Positions 1-8,284 of a stretch of 32,680 bases of DNA are shown here, piece by piece. This DNA comes from a virus. Taxonomy: Duplodnaviria; Caudoviricetes. Under the pieces are notes generated by a model. That model worked only from the letters and a program-made list of their open reading frames with translations, was not told where the DNA came from and made no database searches. Location: positions 1 through 32,680 of the IMG/VR virus record IMGVR_UViG_3300022177_000047. One strand, given 5' to 3'. The first letter of the stretch is position 1. The number at the start of each line of letters is the position of its first letter. A program made the translations under genes and the position numbers.

Positions 1-381
1 TTAAATCTTATGATCTTTATTCGCTTCAAGGCTTAGGAGATAAATCAGATATTGATTTAAGCTAATACCTTCTTTTTGAGCTTTTTCGGCTAGTAGTCTG
101 TGCAAGCTTTTAGGCGTCCGTAAAGTTATCCTTCCGCTGTAATGTTCATCTGCTGAAAAAGGCTCTGGGATTTCCTCACCCTTCTCGAACTTTGTTTCAA
201 TCCAAGCTTTTCTTGCATCTTCACCCATCTGCAGGGCTTCTTCCAGCGTATCTCCATCACTCATGCAGCCCAGTAAATCAGGATAGGTTATTAAGAGTCC
301 ACCGCCTTCTTCCTCTGACAGCACCTCTATTTTGTACGGATACTTCGCATCAAAATAATACTCCAAATTTTTTATAACCAT
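1..381 (-). CDS. hicB: HicB-family antitoxin
   Basis: YPYKIEVLSEEEGGGLLITYPDLLGCMSDGDTLEEA...GEEIPEP RNase H-like HicB domain, then YSGRITLRTPKSLHRLL..A..EGISLNQY ribbon-helix-helix; SD AAGGGAG upstream. Confidence 0.93.
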   Translation of the reverse strand: MVIKNLEYYFDAKYPYKIEVLSEEEGGGLLITYPDLLGCMSDGDTLEEALQMGEDARKAWIETKFEKGEEIPEPFSADEHYSGRITLRTPKSLHRLLAEKAQKEGISLNQYLIYLLSLEANKDHKI

Positions 382-420
382 CTATATCAACTCCCTTCCC
401 GTTATGGGGAGGAGGTGGGT

Positions 421-660
421 TTAATAACCCAGCTCCTCAAGAATTCTGATAGCCGCTTTAATATAGACGACTTTTACGTAAGGTTTTTTATAAGGGATTG
501 TAAGTGTCTTGTCTTTAAGAGAATACGTATAGTGGCTTGAGCCACCGCTTGGGTTTCTTCTCTCAAATCCTATGTCCTGAAGAATTTTGTCGACTTCTTC
601 AAATCTTACTGTTTTAGGATTATTTTTGATTTTAGCTAAGAGCTTTTCCTTTTTAGAAAT
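421..660 (-). CDS. hicA: HicA-family toxin, 79 aa, ATT start (absent from ORF track)
   Basis: Manual translation (I/M)SKKEKLLAKIKNNPKTVRFEEVDKILQDIGFERRNPSGGSSHYTYSLKDKTLTIPYKKPYVKVVYIKAAIRILEELGY*; GSSH catalytic-His motif; SD GAAAGGGG 9 nt before ATT; directly upstream of hicB. Confidence 0.9.
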   Translation of the reverse strand: MSKKEKLLAKIKNNPKTVRFEEVDKILQDIGFERRNPSGGSSHYTYSLKDKTLTIPYKKPYVKVVYIKAAIRILEELGY

Positions 661-691
661 ACTACCACGCCCCTTTCAACCTTACATCTAT

Positions 692-721
692 ATTTTATCA
701 TGACACTATATATGACGTCAA
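692..721 (-). promoter_or_regulatory. sigmaA-type promoter of hicAB with overlapping TGAC-N12-GTCA putative operator
   Basis: Minus strand TTGACG-N18-TAAAAT with TG extended -10; inverted repeat at 701-720. Confidence 0.7.
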
Positions 722-738
722 TGTTGTTCTGGTTTTTC

Positions 739-769
739 AAAAAAATAAGAAAGCCGGGTTTCCCCGGCT
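739..769 (-). terminator. Intrinsic terminator ending the late/lysis operon
   Basis: AGCCGGG-GAAA-CCCGGCT followed by TTCTTATTTTTTT on the minus strand, at the holin stop codon. Confidence 0.85.
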
Positions 770-1112
770 ATTCCATATCATATCCCAATAAATTTCTTTG
801 CGTTCCGTCACTCTCATCCGATAGGTACATCTTAAGATGCTCTACAGCATCCTCAATCATGTTGTCAATTTCTGCTCTGGTGAAAAATATCCTCACAATC
901 CAAGGCAGCACATAATAGATCCGCTCGACAACCATGGCATATTTCAGTTCGCCAGTTCCAGAGCCGAGTTCTTTTTCGGCTTTTACTACTAGCGACAAAA
1001 TTATTTTTCTCACTGTGTCCCGCTTTCCCTTTCGCCACAGCGTGGCCATGAAAAACAGGAATGCAAGAATGAACAGCAAATTTATCAAATGCAATTTCAC
1101 AAACTCCATCAT
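768..1112 (-). CDS. Holin-like membrane protein (LL-H family-like)
   Basis: N-terminal TM helix then VVKAEKELGSGTGELKYAMV motif; last gene of lysis cassette. Confidence 0.65.
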   Translation of the reverse strand: MMEFVKLHLINLLFILAFLFFMATLWRKGKRDTVRKIILSLVVKAEKELGSGTGELKYAMVVERIYYVLPWIVRIFFTRAEIDNMIEDAVEHLKMYLSDESDGTQRNLLGYDME

Positions 1113-1760
1113 TTATTTTTCCTCCTTCATTGCTCGGTAAATCATCGTAATAATCTCTTCCCTGGTGCCAAAATCCTTTAATCGGCTTCCATCTGACACT
1201 TTTTTTGACTTTGCCCACTCAATTGCATCTTTAGAAAAATCAGAGACTGCGATTTCAGCCTTTGGCGCATTTACAGGCTTTATGGCGTCATATATGAGTT
1301 TAGAAAGCTTTCTATCGATACCTTGGACAAACGCGCCCCACGTTGGAAGCAGAAGTCTCGGACAATTTTTACCGCTCCAATATTTGTGAGTTTTTAGGCT
1401 TTGAGTACCCCAGTCTCTATCAAAGAGCATTTTTGCTATTAACTCAGTCGCATTTTCGATTACTTTGGCCTGATTTCCACTTTCGCATATTTCGATGCTG
1501 ATTGACATTTTGTTTCCGGCCGAATTCCCTGAGTGATATGCGACTTCATCGAGGGGTATAGCTTCTATAGCTTCATGTTCATCAACTACGATGTGGAAGG
1601 AAGCCGACCTGGTGTTGTTGGGATTCGTCAGGTAGTTTCTTTCATTTCGTGCCGTTGATTTTGGATTTCCTGTATTATGGATGGTGATGTAAAGCGGGGA
1701 CATTTTCGTCCCCGGCCTTTTAGATTTAGATTTTGGTATATGATCTATTATGTAGTCCAT
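1113..1760 (-). CDS. Endolysin, N-acetylmuramoyl-L-alanine amidase (Amidase_2, XlyA-like) with SLH-like C-terminus
   Basis: YITIHNTGN, SFHIVVD, AYHSG, SISIEICE, THKYWSGKNCP; C-terminal AIEWAK...TREEIITMIYR. Confidence 0.92.
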   Translation of the reverse strand: MDYIIDHIPKSKSKRPGTKMSPLYITIHNTGNPKSTARNERNYLTNPNNTRSASFHIVVDEHEAIEAIPLDEVAYHSGNSAGNKMSISIEICESGNQAKVIENATELIAKMLFDRDWGTQSLKTHKYWSGKNCPRLLLPTWGAFVQGIDRKLSKLIYDAIKPVNAPKAEIAVSDFSKDAIEWAKSKKVSDGSRLKDFGTREEIITMIYRAMKEEK

Positions 1761-1773
1761 ATTTTAGCGCCTC

Positions 1774-2049
1774 CTACGGTAATCTAGTAGCTGCTGTTGT
1801 AGTGGCAACTGTCAATGTGGTTTTGATTTCATCGACAGCATCTTCTATTGAGTCTAACTTATCGAGCCTCGAAACCATATCAGCCATGATTTTCTGATTG
1901 TTGTCAATTACTACTTGGTTATTATCAATAACTCGCTGTAGTCGCAATTCTCGCTCATTTGACGTCTTGAGTGTATGCCATAATAAAACAACAAATAGTA
2001 CAGCTGTAAGCCCTTGTTGCGTTGCCATTTCAAATATTTTTGCTTCCAA
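1774..2049 (-). CDS. BhlA/UviB-family holin
   Basis: MEAKIFEMATQQGLTAVLFVVLLWHTLKTSNERELRLQ: single TM followed by coiled coil. Confidence 0.8.
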   Translation of the reverse strand: MEAKIFEMATQQGLTAVLFVVLLWHTLKTSNERELRLQRVIDNNQVVIDNNQKIMADMVSRLDKLDSIEDAVDEIKTTLTVATTTAATRLP

Positions 2050-2062
2050 TACAATCCCTCCC

Positions 2063-2941
2063 CTATTTTTCTATTGTGACCGTCTGTGTTATTTCGTCCC
2101 AACCAACTTTACATCCAAGAGCCTCAGCTACGAAACGAATAGGCACCATGGTCCTGTCATTCATTATTATCGGCGGCGCATCCAGAGTTACCGCCTTGCT
2201 GTTGACCGTCGCCATTGGCTTTCCTATAGTCAGTTCGATTTTATTCGCATATACTTCATCTGGCATCATCAATAACCCCCATCCGCTTTTGTCGTCCTTG
2301 CCCTGTGTCCCTATGTCCACGCTGTTTTCTGCTATGAACTGCTTGAATCCTTCTGGTGTTATGTTGTGGCTCTCTTTAAGGAGTGCCGTCATACCTGAAG
2401 GAACTTGCGTCGCTCCCGAGGTGTGCGTGATTGGAATCATGTTGCCGTACTTGTTCGGGCAGTCCAGGCTTGTGTAGCCGAGGAAGTCAAGCTTAGGACC
2501 GTATGAACTGTAGCCTTCCGCCTCATTCCATTTGGAGTTATATGCGCCTACTACAAACCAATACGGAGAAAGGGCTGGCCATGCATCTATGGGATCTCCT
2601 TCATTGTCGCTAGAGTCTATCATTATGCAGCCTTGATCATATAGAGTTTTCGAAAGCATCTCCTGCTCAGCACTCCATGTGCTTTTCCTAAGACTGCAGC
2701 ATATCACATCAGCACCCCAGACAATGCACTCTTTGAAAGCCTGCTCAAAGCTAATACCACCTTTCATGATGTTTATCTCCCGGACTTCTGCGTCTGGAGC
2801 CGCTTGCTTGATTAGCCATGCCCCGTTATGATGTGCTCCCGCCTCGAATCCCATTATGGCAACCTTTGTACCTTTGCCGGTTATGCCTTGCTTGTGCCAT
2901 TTGGTGATGTTTAATTTCTCAAGTACTACTTTTACATCCAC
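2063..2941 (-). CDS. Subtilisin (S8)-like protein with C-terminal copper-amine-oxidase-N-like cell-surface domain
   Basis: WHKQGITGKGTKVAI, YSSYGPKLDF, HTSGATQVPSGMTALL, DIGTQGKDDKSGWG; C-terminal LDAPPIIMNDRTMVPIRFVAEALGCKVGWD; GTG start with SD GGAGGTG. Confidence 0.85.
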   Translation of the reverse strand: MDVKVVLEKLNITKWHKQGITGKGTKVAIMGFEAGAHHNGAWLIKQAAPDAEVREINIMKGGISFEQAFKECIVWGADVICCSLRKSTWSAEQEMLSKTLYDQGCIMIDSSDNEGDPIDAWPALSPYWFVVGAYNSKWNEAEGYSSYGPKLDFLGYTSLDCPNKYGNMIPITHTSGATQVPSGMTALLKESHNITPEGFKQFIAENSVDIGTQGKDDKSGWGLLMMPDEVYANKIELTIGKPMATVNSKAVTLDAPPIIMNDRTMVPIRFVAEALGCKVGWDEITQTVTIEK

Positions 2942-2957
2942 AGTTTCACCTCCAATG

Positions 2958-2981
2958 AAAAAGGAGCCTTTCGGCTCCTTT
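2958..2981 (-). terminator. Intrinsic terminator between tail and lysis modules
   Basis: AAAGGAGCC-GAAA-GGCTCCTTT-TT. Confidence 0.8.
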
Positions 2982-2983
2982 AG

Positions 2984-3151
2984 TTATTGCGTAATATAAC
3001 ACTCTAAAATATCGCTTTCAGTTAGTATCTCAAATTTCTCCGCTTCGGTTAGTTTTGTGTATTCAGCAATTATGTCTTCTGCTGTCCTATTTTCTTGCTC
3101 CATCCTCGCTTTTATGGCGTTTACAAATATAATCTTTTTCCATGCGGGCAT
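2984..3151 (-). CDS. Small tail-fibre-associated protein, 55 aa (XkdX position; not in track)
   Basis: MPAWKKIIFVNAIKARMEQENRTAEDIIAEYTKLTEAEKFEILTESDILECYITQ*; SD AGGAGGTG. Confidence 0.75.
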   Translation of the reverse strand: MPAWKKIIFVNAIKARMEQENRTAEDIIAEYTKLTEAEKFEILTESDILECYITQ

Positions 3152-3162
3152 TTTATCACCTC

Positions 3163-3537
3163 CTACATTCCTAGCATTTGCGCGATTGCTATTTCTGTTG
3201 CAGATTGCCTTGCTTCAAGCTCTGCCATTTGTTCGCTCAGCGGTTGCTGATACACTGTAGGAGTATCCGGTGTGTTGGGGTCGTAGTATGAAAATTCTAT
3301 AGCCTTGGTTTCTGGATTGACTCGGTATCCATTACATGACATAAAATCATTGACGTACTCACCATACTCTAATTCAATAACATCGAATGAATCTCTGTTC
3401 CTTGATGAAAGCGCCTTATAAGACGCAACATCCTGATCTATCGTATTTGACACGACTGATCCTGTTCGCTCGCCCGTGTCGAGGACTATATTTCCCGTTG
3501 CCTTATCATAGTATATTTTCCTTCCTATCTGTTGCAT
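3163..3537 (-). CDS. Putative tail fibre assembly chaperone (XkdW position)
   Basis: IGRKIYYDKATGNIVLDTGER N-terminus and C-terminal coiled coil, directly after the fibre gene. Confidence 0.6.
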   Translation of the reverse strand: MQQIGRKIYYDKATGNIVLDTGERTGSVVSNTIDQDVASYKALSSRNRDSFDVIELEYGEYVNDFMSCNGYRVNPETKAIEFSYYDPNTPDTPTVYQQPLSEQMAELEARQSATEIAIAQMLGM

Positions 3538-3552
3538 TTGCGGCCTCCCTTT

Positions 3553-4473
3553 TTATTCGAACGCATACCAATTAAAAGTGGATCCACTTATTGCCCACAT
3601 TAGCGGTAATAAGAATCCGCTTGATGTAACATAAGCTGGAGCTGTCTTTCCTTTTGCTATGGCTGTTTTCTTGTCTGTATACAGACCACTCGCTGAGTAT
3701 CTTGCGAAAAAAGCCGAATTTGCTACCGTTGCCCCCGACGCCCTAAAAACCGTGACGTTTTCTTCTGAACTTCCAGAATCAGCGACTATGACTATTGTTG
3801 AAGGTAAAAACGTTAAACCTGTAATCTCGGCATAATATGATGAATACGTTGCAGTTCCGTTGGAAAGTGTAAATTCAAGCGTGCCAGCTGGTACAGTCCC
3901 CGTTCCTGAAGCGAATTTCTTGTCTGTGTTTGTTCCTGTAAGCTTTGATTTTGCATCAGTGTTATAAAACGTGTATCCGCTTTTTACTTGGGCGGCCGTC
4001 GCCGTTCCAGTAAGCGCCAGCGTTCCGACAAGGCCCGTATCATCGTCGTTGCTGAAAATCTTTCCTGCTAGCACATCTCCAACGACAGCATCTCCTTCTG
4101 CGCTAGCTTTGATAAAAAAACAATCACCTGCTGCATTGTACCATACCGTAGCCGCTTTGCCGGCAGTTAGTTTGGGGGCAGTTGTCGTTCCAGGCTTATA
4201 GAGCGGCTTTCCATTTACAGTTGTTGCAGCTCCATTATTGTTAGCGTTAACAATGAAATTTTTTGAAAATCCATCCACTAAAGAAACGTCTGTAAGCGTA
4301 ATTGCAATTGCTGTTCCGCCTGCTGTTTGATATTTAGGTATATTTGATATTAAATCATCATGATTCTTCAGTTCTTCGTCTATTGTGTCGAAGTTGCCAT
4401 TTAGCACTGTAATATCTGGCGGGCTGTCTGTAAGATCTATTTTCTTTAAGGCATAATTAGTTGTTATCTGCAT
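3553..4473 (-). CDS. Tail fibre / receptor-binding protein
   Basis: N-terminal TTNYALKK...DITVLNGNFDTIDEELK baseplate anchor; repeats GDAVVGDVLAGKIFSN / GTATAAQVKSGYTFYN; C-terminal FNWYAFE. Confidence 0.8.
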   Translation of the reverse strand: MQITTNYALKKIDLTDSPPDITVLNGNFDTIDEELKNHDDLISNIPKYQTAGGTAIAITLTDVSLVDGFSKNFIVNANNNGAATTVNGKPLYKPGTTTAPKLTAGKAATVWYNAAGDCFFIKASAEGDAVVGDVLAGKIFSNDDDTGLVGTLALTGTATAAQVKSGYTFYNTDAKSKLTGTNTDKKFASGTGTVPAGTLEFTLSNGTATYSSYYAEITGLTFLPSTIVIVADSGSSEENVTVFRASGATVANSAFFARYSASGLYTDKKTAIAKGKTAPAYVTSSGFLLPLMWAISGSTFNWYAFE

Positions 4474-4484
4474 GCTATCCCTCC

Positions 4485-5411
4485 TTAGTCAGTCGCTTCA
4501 ACTGTTATCACGTAGCTGTTGCCAACATTCACTGGGTTTGGTGCTATCGTAATGCTTGTGATTACAGGTGCAACAGTGTCGAGCACGATTGTCCTTGATA
4601 CCTCAGTGTATTTACCCGCTGCATCGGTAGCTCTTACCACTATAGCGTTTGTGCCTTCCGTCAGCGTTATGGCCTTGCTGAAGGTGCCATCCCCATTGAC
4701 TGTCACTGCGCCTTGGTCAACTCCACCTTTTTTAACAGTCACTGTCACCGGACTCGATGTTGCATCGTTTGTAGTTCCAGCTATGCTGAAAGCAGCATTG
4801 TTGACATATACCGTATCCGTTGCAGGATTAGATATGTTGAGCGTTGGCGGCACCGTGTCTACCGTATATGATCTTGATACCTGAGTTGCGGCGTTGCCGT
4901 CATTGTCTTGGACGTTCAGCGTTATCGTATGTGCTCCATCCGAAAGAGCTGTCTGAGGAGTATATGTCACATCATAGCCATTTGTCACGGCTGTTATGCT
5001 CATGCCAGGGCTTGTATTTGTGAATGTTGTCGAGTCTATTTTCAAGCTCAGGGAGCTTATCTTGACTCCGGATCCATTAGCTTCATCCCTGAGGCTGAAT
5101 ACTATAGGCTGCTTGTTGTTTATTACATAAGCTCCTGAAGCCGGAGAGCTTATAGTGATTGTAGGCTTCGTTACCTCTTTTACGTAGAGCTTGCAGCTTG
5201 CTCCCAGTGTCGCATCCGTATCGTCCTTTGTCGTCACGTTGCCGGCAAGGTCCTTAGCTTCCACCGTCACCGGGTAATAGTGCCCTCCATTGACGTTGTA
5301 GCTTGTTATATTAGGTGCTGCTATGGTGCCTTCGTACTTTCCAGTACTCACATTCTTGGTGAGCGTCGTCCAGGTTCCATTAATCAGCACTTTTATCGTA
5401 TCAACGGCCAT
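4485..5411 (-). CDS. Ig-like (Big) multi-domain virion protein
   Basis: Repeated D.AGN / DT.PP(AP) Ig-domain boundaries; T/V-rich beta composition. Confidence 0.8.
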   Translation of the reverse strand: MAVDTIKVLINGTWTTLTKNVSTGKYEGTIAAPNITSYNVNGGHYYPVTVEAKDLAGNVTTKDDTDATLGASCKLYVKEVTKPTITISSPASGAYVINNKQPIVFSLRDEANGSGVKISSLSLKIDSTTFTNTSPGMSITAVTNGYDVTYTPQTALSDGAHTITLNVQDNDGNAATQVSRSYTVDTVPPTLNISNPATDTVYVNNAAFSIAGTTNDATSSPVTVTVKKGGVDQGAVTVNGDGTFSKAITLTEGTNAIVVRATDAAGKYTEVSRTIVLDTVAPVITSITIAPNPVNVGNSYVITVEATD

Positions 5412-5426
5412 ATTCTCCCTCCGTTT

Positions 5427-5600
5427 CTATATGGTTTTAATTGCGTTCCAATCTTGCTTTGTGGTCTTAATCTCATTCCAGTCTGCAAAACCGCTTTTTA
5501 CATATGCCCATGTGTTTTCAGTTATCTCCACTTCAACCTTAAAACTTTGCCCTACGGTGACTACATTTGGAGTTAGCTGCACATTAATTATTTTAATCAT
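5427..5600 (-). CDS. 57-aa protein: two Ig beta-strands plus Trp-repeat tail (not in track)
   Basis: MIKIINVQLTPNVVTVGQSFKVEVEITENTWAYVKSGFADWNEIKTTKQDWNAIKTI*; SD GAGGTG; fills the gap between its neighbours. Confidence 0.8.
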   Translation of the reverse strand: MIKIINVQLTPNVVTVGQSFKVEVEITENTWAYVKSGFADWNEIKTTKQDWNAIKTI

Positions 5601-5609
5601 GGCTCACCT

Positions 5610-6401
5610 CTACTGCGGCGGGATGTAATTTTTTAGCTCGATCCAATCCTGCATAGCATAGATTGTATTCCAGCTGGCGTAGTTGCTTTTTACATCCTCC
5701 CATGTCGCAAAGTATTTCATGACAACAAGCGTCACATGCGCCGGCGTAAGCGGTTTTAAGATACGCTGTATGTCAGCATACCTGTAGTCTATTTCACCGT
5801 CAGGGCTGAATACTTTCACCTGCAGCAGGCTAGTTCCTGGCTGCGGATTCCCTGCCTCAGACTCGCCCCAGAAAATAATCTCGCAGTCGCTGCCGGTTAT
5901 TGTGTGCACAATCTCTTTTATCAGAGCTTCGTTGAGCTTGTTCTCCTTCTTAGTTAGAGCAAGCAGATAGAGTCTCCTTTGCTCCAAGGTTCCAATGCCC
6001 TTGAAGCCCAGGAATGTCTCTAGTCTTGTGATGCGGTCTATGCTTGCGGTCCGGATGAAAGCATCAAGGGCAATTTCTTTAATCCTGCCGTAGAGATTAT
6101 CCAACTCAATGTTTTCAGTGTCGAAAATAGATTTGAAATTCGAAACATTTTGCAGGAAATTTGGCAGGTATTTTATTAGATCAACTCTTCTTTCGACTTC
6201 ATTAATGACATTCAGGTAAAGATGATATCGCGGATCGCTGCTGTCGATATGCGTCTTGATACCGTTCTCGCTTATTTCAAGCAGCAGGTTGTATAGTCCG
6301 CTGACATCCGGCGCATTAAGCTCTTTGCTCCATGTCCCATCGCCATTGTTGGTTAGATAATATGACTTGTCATTGACCGTATACTTGATATAATCAATCA
6401 T
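5610..6401 (-). CDS. Baseplate wedge protein (XkdU/DUF2313-like) with extra N-terminal Ig half-domain
   Basis: DLIKYLPNFLQ, FIRTAS..ITRLETFLG, TLEQRR, TPAHV; follows baseplate J. Confidence 0.8.
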   Translation of the reverse strand: MIDYIKYTVNDKSYYLTNNGDGTWSKELNAPDVSGLYNLLLEISENGIKTHIDSSDPRYHLYLNVINEVERRVDLIKYLPNFLQNVSNFKSIFDTENIELDNLYGRIKEIALDAFIRTASIDRITRLETFLGFKGIGTLEQRRLYLLALTKKENKLNEALIKEIVHTITGSDCEIIFWGESEAGNPQPGTSLLQVKVFSPDGEIDYRYADIQRILKPLTPAHVTLVVMKYFATWEDVKSNYASWNTIYAMQDWIELKNYIPPQ

Positions 6402-7442
6402 CTAGCTCACCACCGTAAGACTTAAGCTATTGAGTACAGGTATTTCTTCGCCTACAAGCGCTACGTCAACAGTTCCACCATTAACGGTGAAATTACTTAG
6501 ACTCGCTATGCTTGGAGCGTCAATTACGGCTGCGGCCACCCTGATGTAGTTCACGCTGTCCTTAACAAACGTTATACTCGCAAAGTAATCACGTATGATG
6601 TCGGCCACACCCTCAGGCTCGGTATAGCCTTCGGCCAAAACAATATTGCCTACCACATCAATGTTTTTAGCTGCCCCGCCGCTCACCGTCACCTTTGTTC
6701 CTATAGGAGCCACTCCGTTTCCAAGACCTGCACTGCCCGGGTCTAAGTATTCCTGAAACTCACTGACAAGTGATGATTCAGCAACTTGATACAAACGGTT
6801 TGTTATAGCTACTTTTACAGTGTTGCCCCCATTCCAAAGGGGAAATACTTTTGCCACACCGATATTTTCATTGGCTTCGGCCCATGCTTTGTACTGAGCC
6901 ACATTCCCGTCCTGCGGAGGACTTGTTATCTTTTGTCTGTGTCTTTCACGCAGCTGCTCGTCTGTCTCCTCTTCGGCGCCTGAGATAAGTACTGATGTGA
7001 GCATGGCACTTGTTAGTCCTTCAATATATTCAACTGGAGTGATGCTTCCAATATATGAATTGCCAACTTCCCCAGCGTCTTCACATTCAATCTCGTATTC
7101 AAAGCCTGTTATATTCTTGAGAACTACGTATATATTATTACCGCCGATAAATTTTGAACCTATAGGAACCGCCACATTGAACACGCCTTTTCTAACCGCA
7201 TTTGTAGCGCTTTTTCTGAATGTCCCGTTTTGGTAGCACAGCTCAGTCAATGCATCTCCGGAGGCAGTATCCAATGCAAAGCTCCTGCTGACTGCTTCAA
7301 GCTCTAGATAAGCCTGCGCAAGCTCAACTGCTGCCGGAGCTATAGCATCATATATAAGCGACCCTTCAGTTTTATTGATGGTATCGGGCACTCTACCAAG
7401 CATTCTGTTTAATATGGTTTCAACTGTTTCGTCTTCATACAC
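6402..7442 (-). CDS. Baseplate J-like protein (XkdT-like)
   Basis: EGSLIYDAIAPAAVEL, GAEEETDEQLRER, GNVAQYKAWA, VFPLWNGGNTVKV. Confidence 0.93.
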   Translation of the reverse strand: MYEDETVETILNRMLGRVPDTINKTEGSLIYDAIAPAAVELAQAYLELEAVSRSFALDTASGDALTELCYQNGTFRKSATNAVRKGVFNVAVPIGSKFIGGNNIYVVLKNITGFEYEIECEDAGEVGNSYIGSITPVEYIEGLTSAMLTSVLISGAEEETDEQLRERHRQKITSPPQDGNVAQYKAWAEANENIGVAKVFPLWNGGNTVKVAITNRLYQVAESSLVSEFQEYLDPGSAGLGNGVAPIGTKVTVSGGAAKNIDVVGNIVLAEGYTEPEGVADIIRDYFASITFVKDSVNYIRVAAAVIDAPSIASLSNFTVNGGTVDVALVGEEIPVLNSLSLTVVS

Positions 7443-7860
7443 TGATTTTCACCTCCCCATACACAGTATCAATTGCGGCCGTCACGCTTAGCACGGCGTC
7501 ATCAAACGTTGCTTCCACATCTCTTATTGCAAGTATCCATGGATTTGTCATAAGACACTCTTGAAGATACCTTTTAGCCTCTGACTCGGCAGCTCCTCTG
7601 GAGTATGTTGAGCCTATAAGATTTTCAAACTCGTTTCCGTAGCTCCAGCTGTAAATAATATGTCTATAGCGCTTTGTGATTAAGGTTTTTTTAATCCAAA
7701 CCTTTATAGCCTCGCTGCCTTCCAGAACTACCGGCTTGCCGTCTTGGTATATTAAGTCTCCATTTTCAAAATCAAATGCATATTCCCTAAACATTTCAAG
7801 CTCTTGGGTTGCCCCTTGCTCTGTTTCCAAAACATCAAGGAATGGAAATATATCAGCCAT
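7435..7860 (-). CDS. Baseplate/sheath-initiator protein (XkdS/DUF2634-like)
   Basis: EYAFDFENG, EAIKVWIKKTLITKRYRHIIYSWSYGNE, IDTVYGE. Confidence 0.9.
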   Translation of the reverse strand: MADIFPFLDVLETEQGATQELEMFREYAFDFENGDLIYQDGKPVVLEGSEAIKVWIKKTLITKRYRHIIYSWSYGNEFENLIGSTYSRGAAESEAKRYLQECLMTNPWILAIRDVEATFDDAVLSVTAAIDTVYGEVKISV

Positions 7861-8278
7861 TTAAGCTCACCACCTTGCATAGGACAATGTATGTCTGCCT
7901 GTCATAGGTAGGCATTACTGCAACAACATCGCCTTGCTGCAGGTCCGTCTTGTACGTTATTTCGCCACTGCCATCATTTGCAAAGTCAATATCAACACTT
8001 TTAACTTCGTACATCTGTGGCTCTGACAGCTTGAGTGTTGCAGTTCCGGTATTGCTTGTTACGCTTATTTTCTCAAGTTTTTTACTATATCCTTGTATCA
8101 AGTGTTCCGAGATGAGTAAATTGTCCTTATCCACTTCAATATCGTCCAGCTTTATTCTTATATCAAAAGGCTCATCTGATGCAAAGGATATAATTCCAAG
8201 ACGTATCGGAGGCGTATTTCCTTTCTCTGATTGCTCCCTAACCAGCGCCACTAAGCGCGAATATGGGTTCTTGTCCAA
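7853..8278 (-). CDS. Baseplate spike (XkdR/DUF2577-like)
   Basis: LQQGDVVAVMPTYDRQTYIVLCKV C-terminus; synteny. Confidence 0.85.
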   Translation of the reverse strand: MDKNPYSRLVALVREQSEKGNTPPIRLGIISFASDEPFDIRIKLDDIEVDKDNLLISEHLIQGYSKKLEKISVTSNTGTATLKLSEPQMYEVKSVDIDFANDGSGEITYKTDLQQGDVVAVMPTYDRQTYIVLCKVVSLNG

Positions 8279-8284
8279 AGACTA

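Noticed and set aside
3553-4473. Diversity-generating retroelement or invertible tail-fibre cassette
   Set aside because: No reverse transcriptase, no second copy of the fibre C-terminus, and no invertase or flanking inverted repeats near the fibre were seen.
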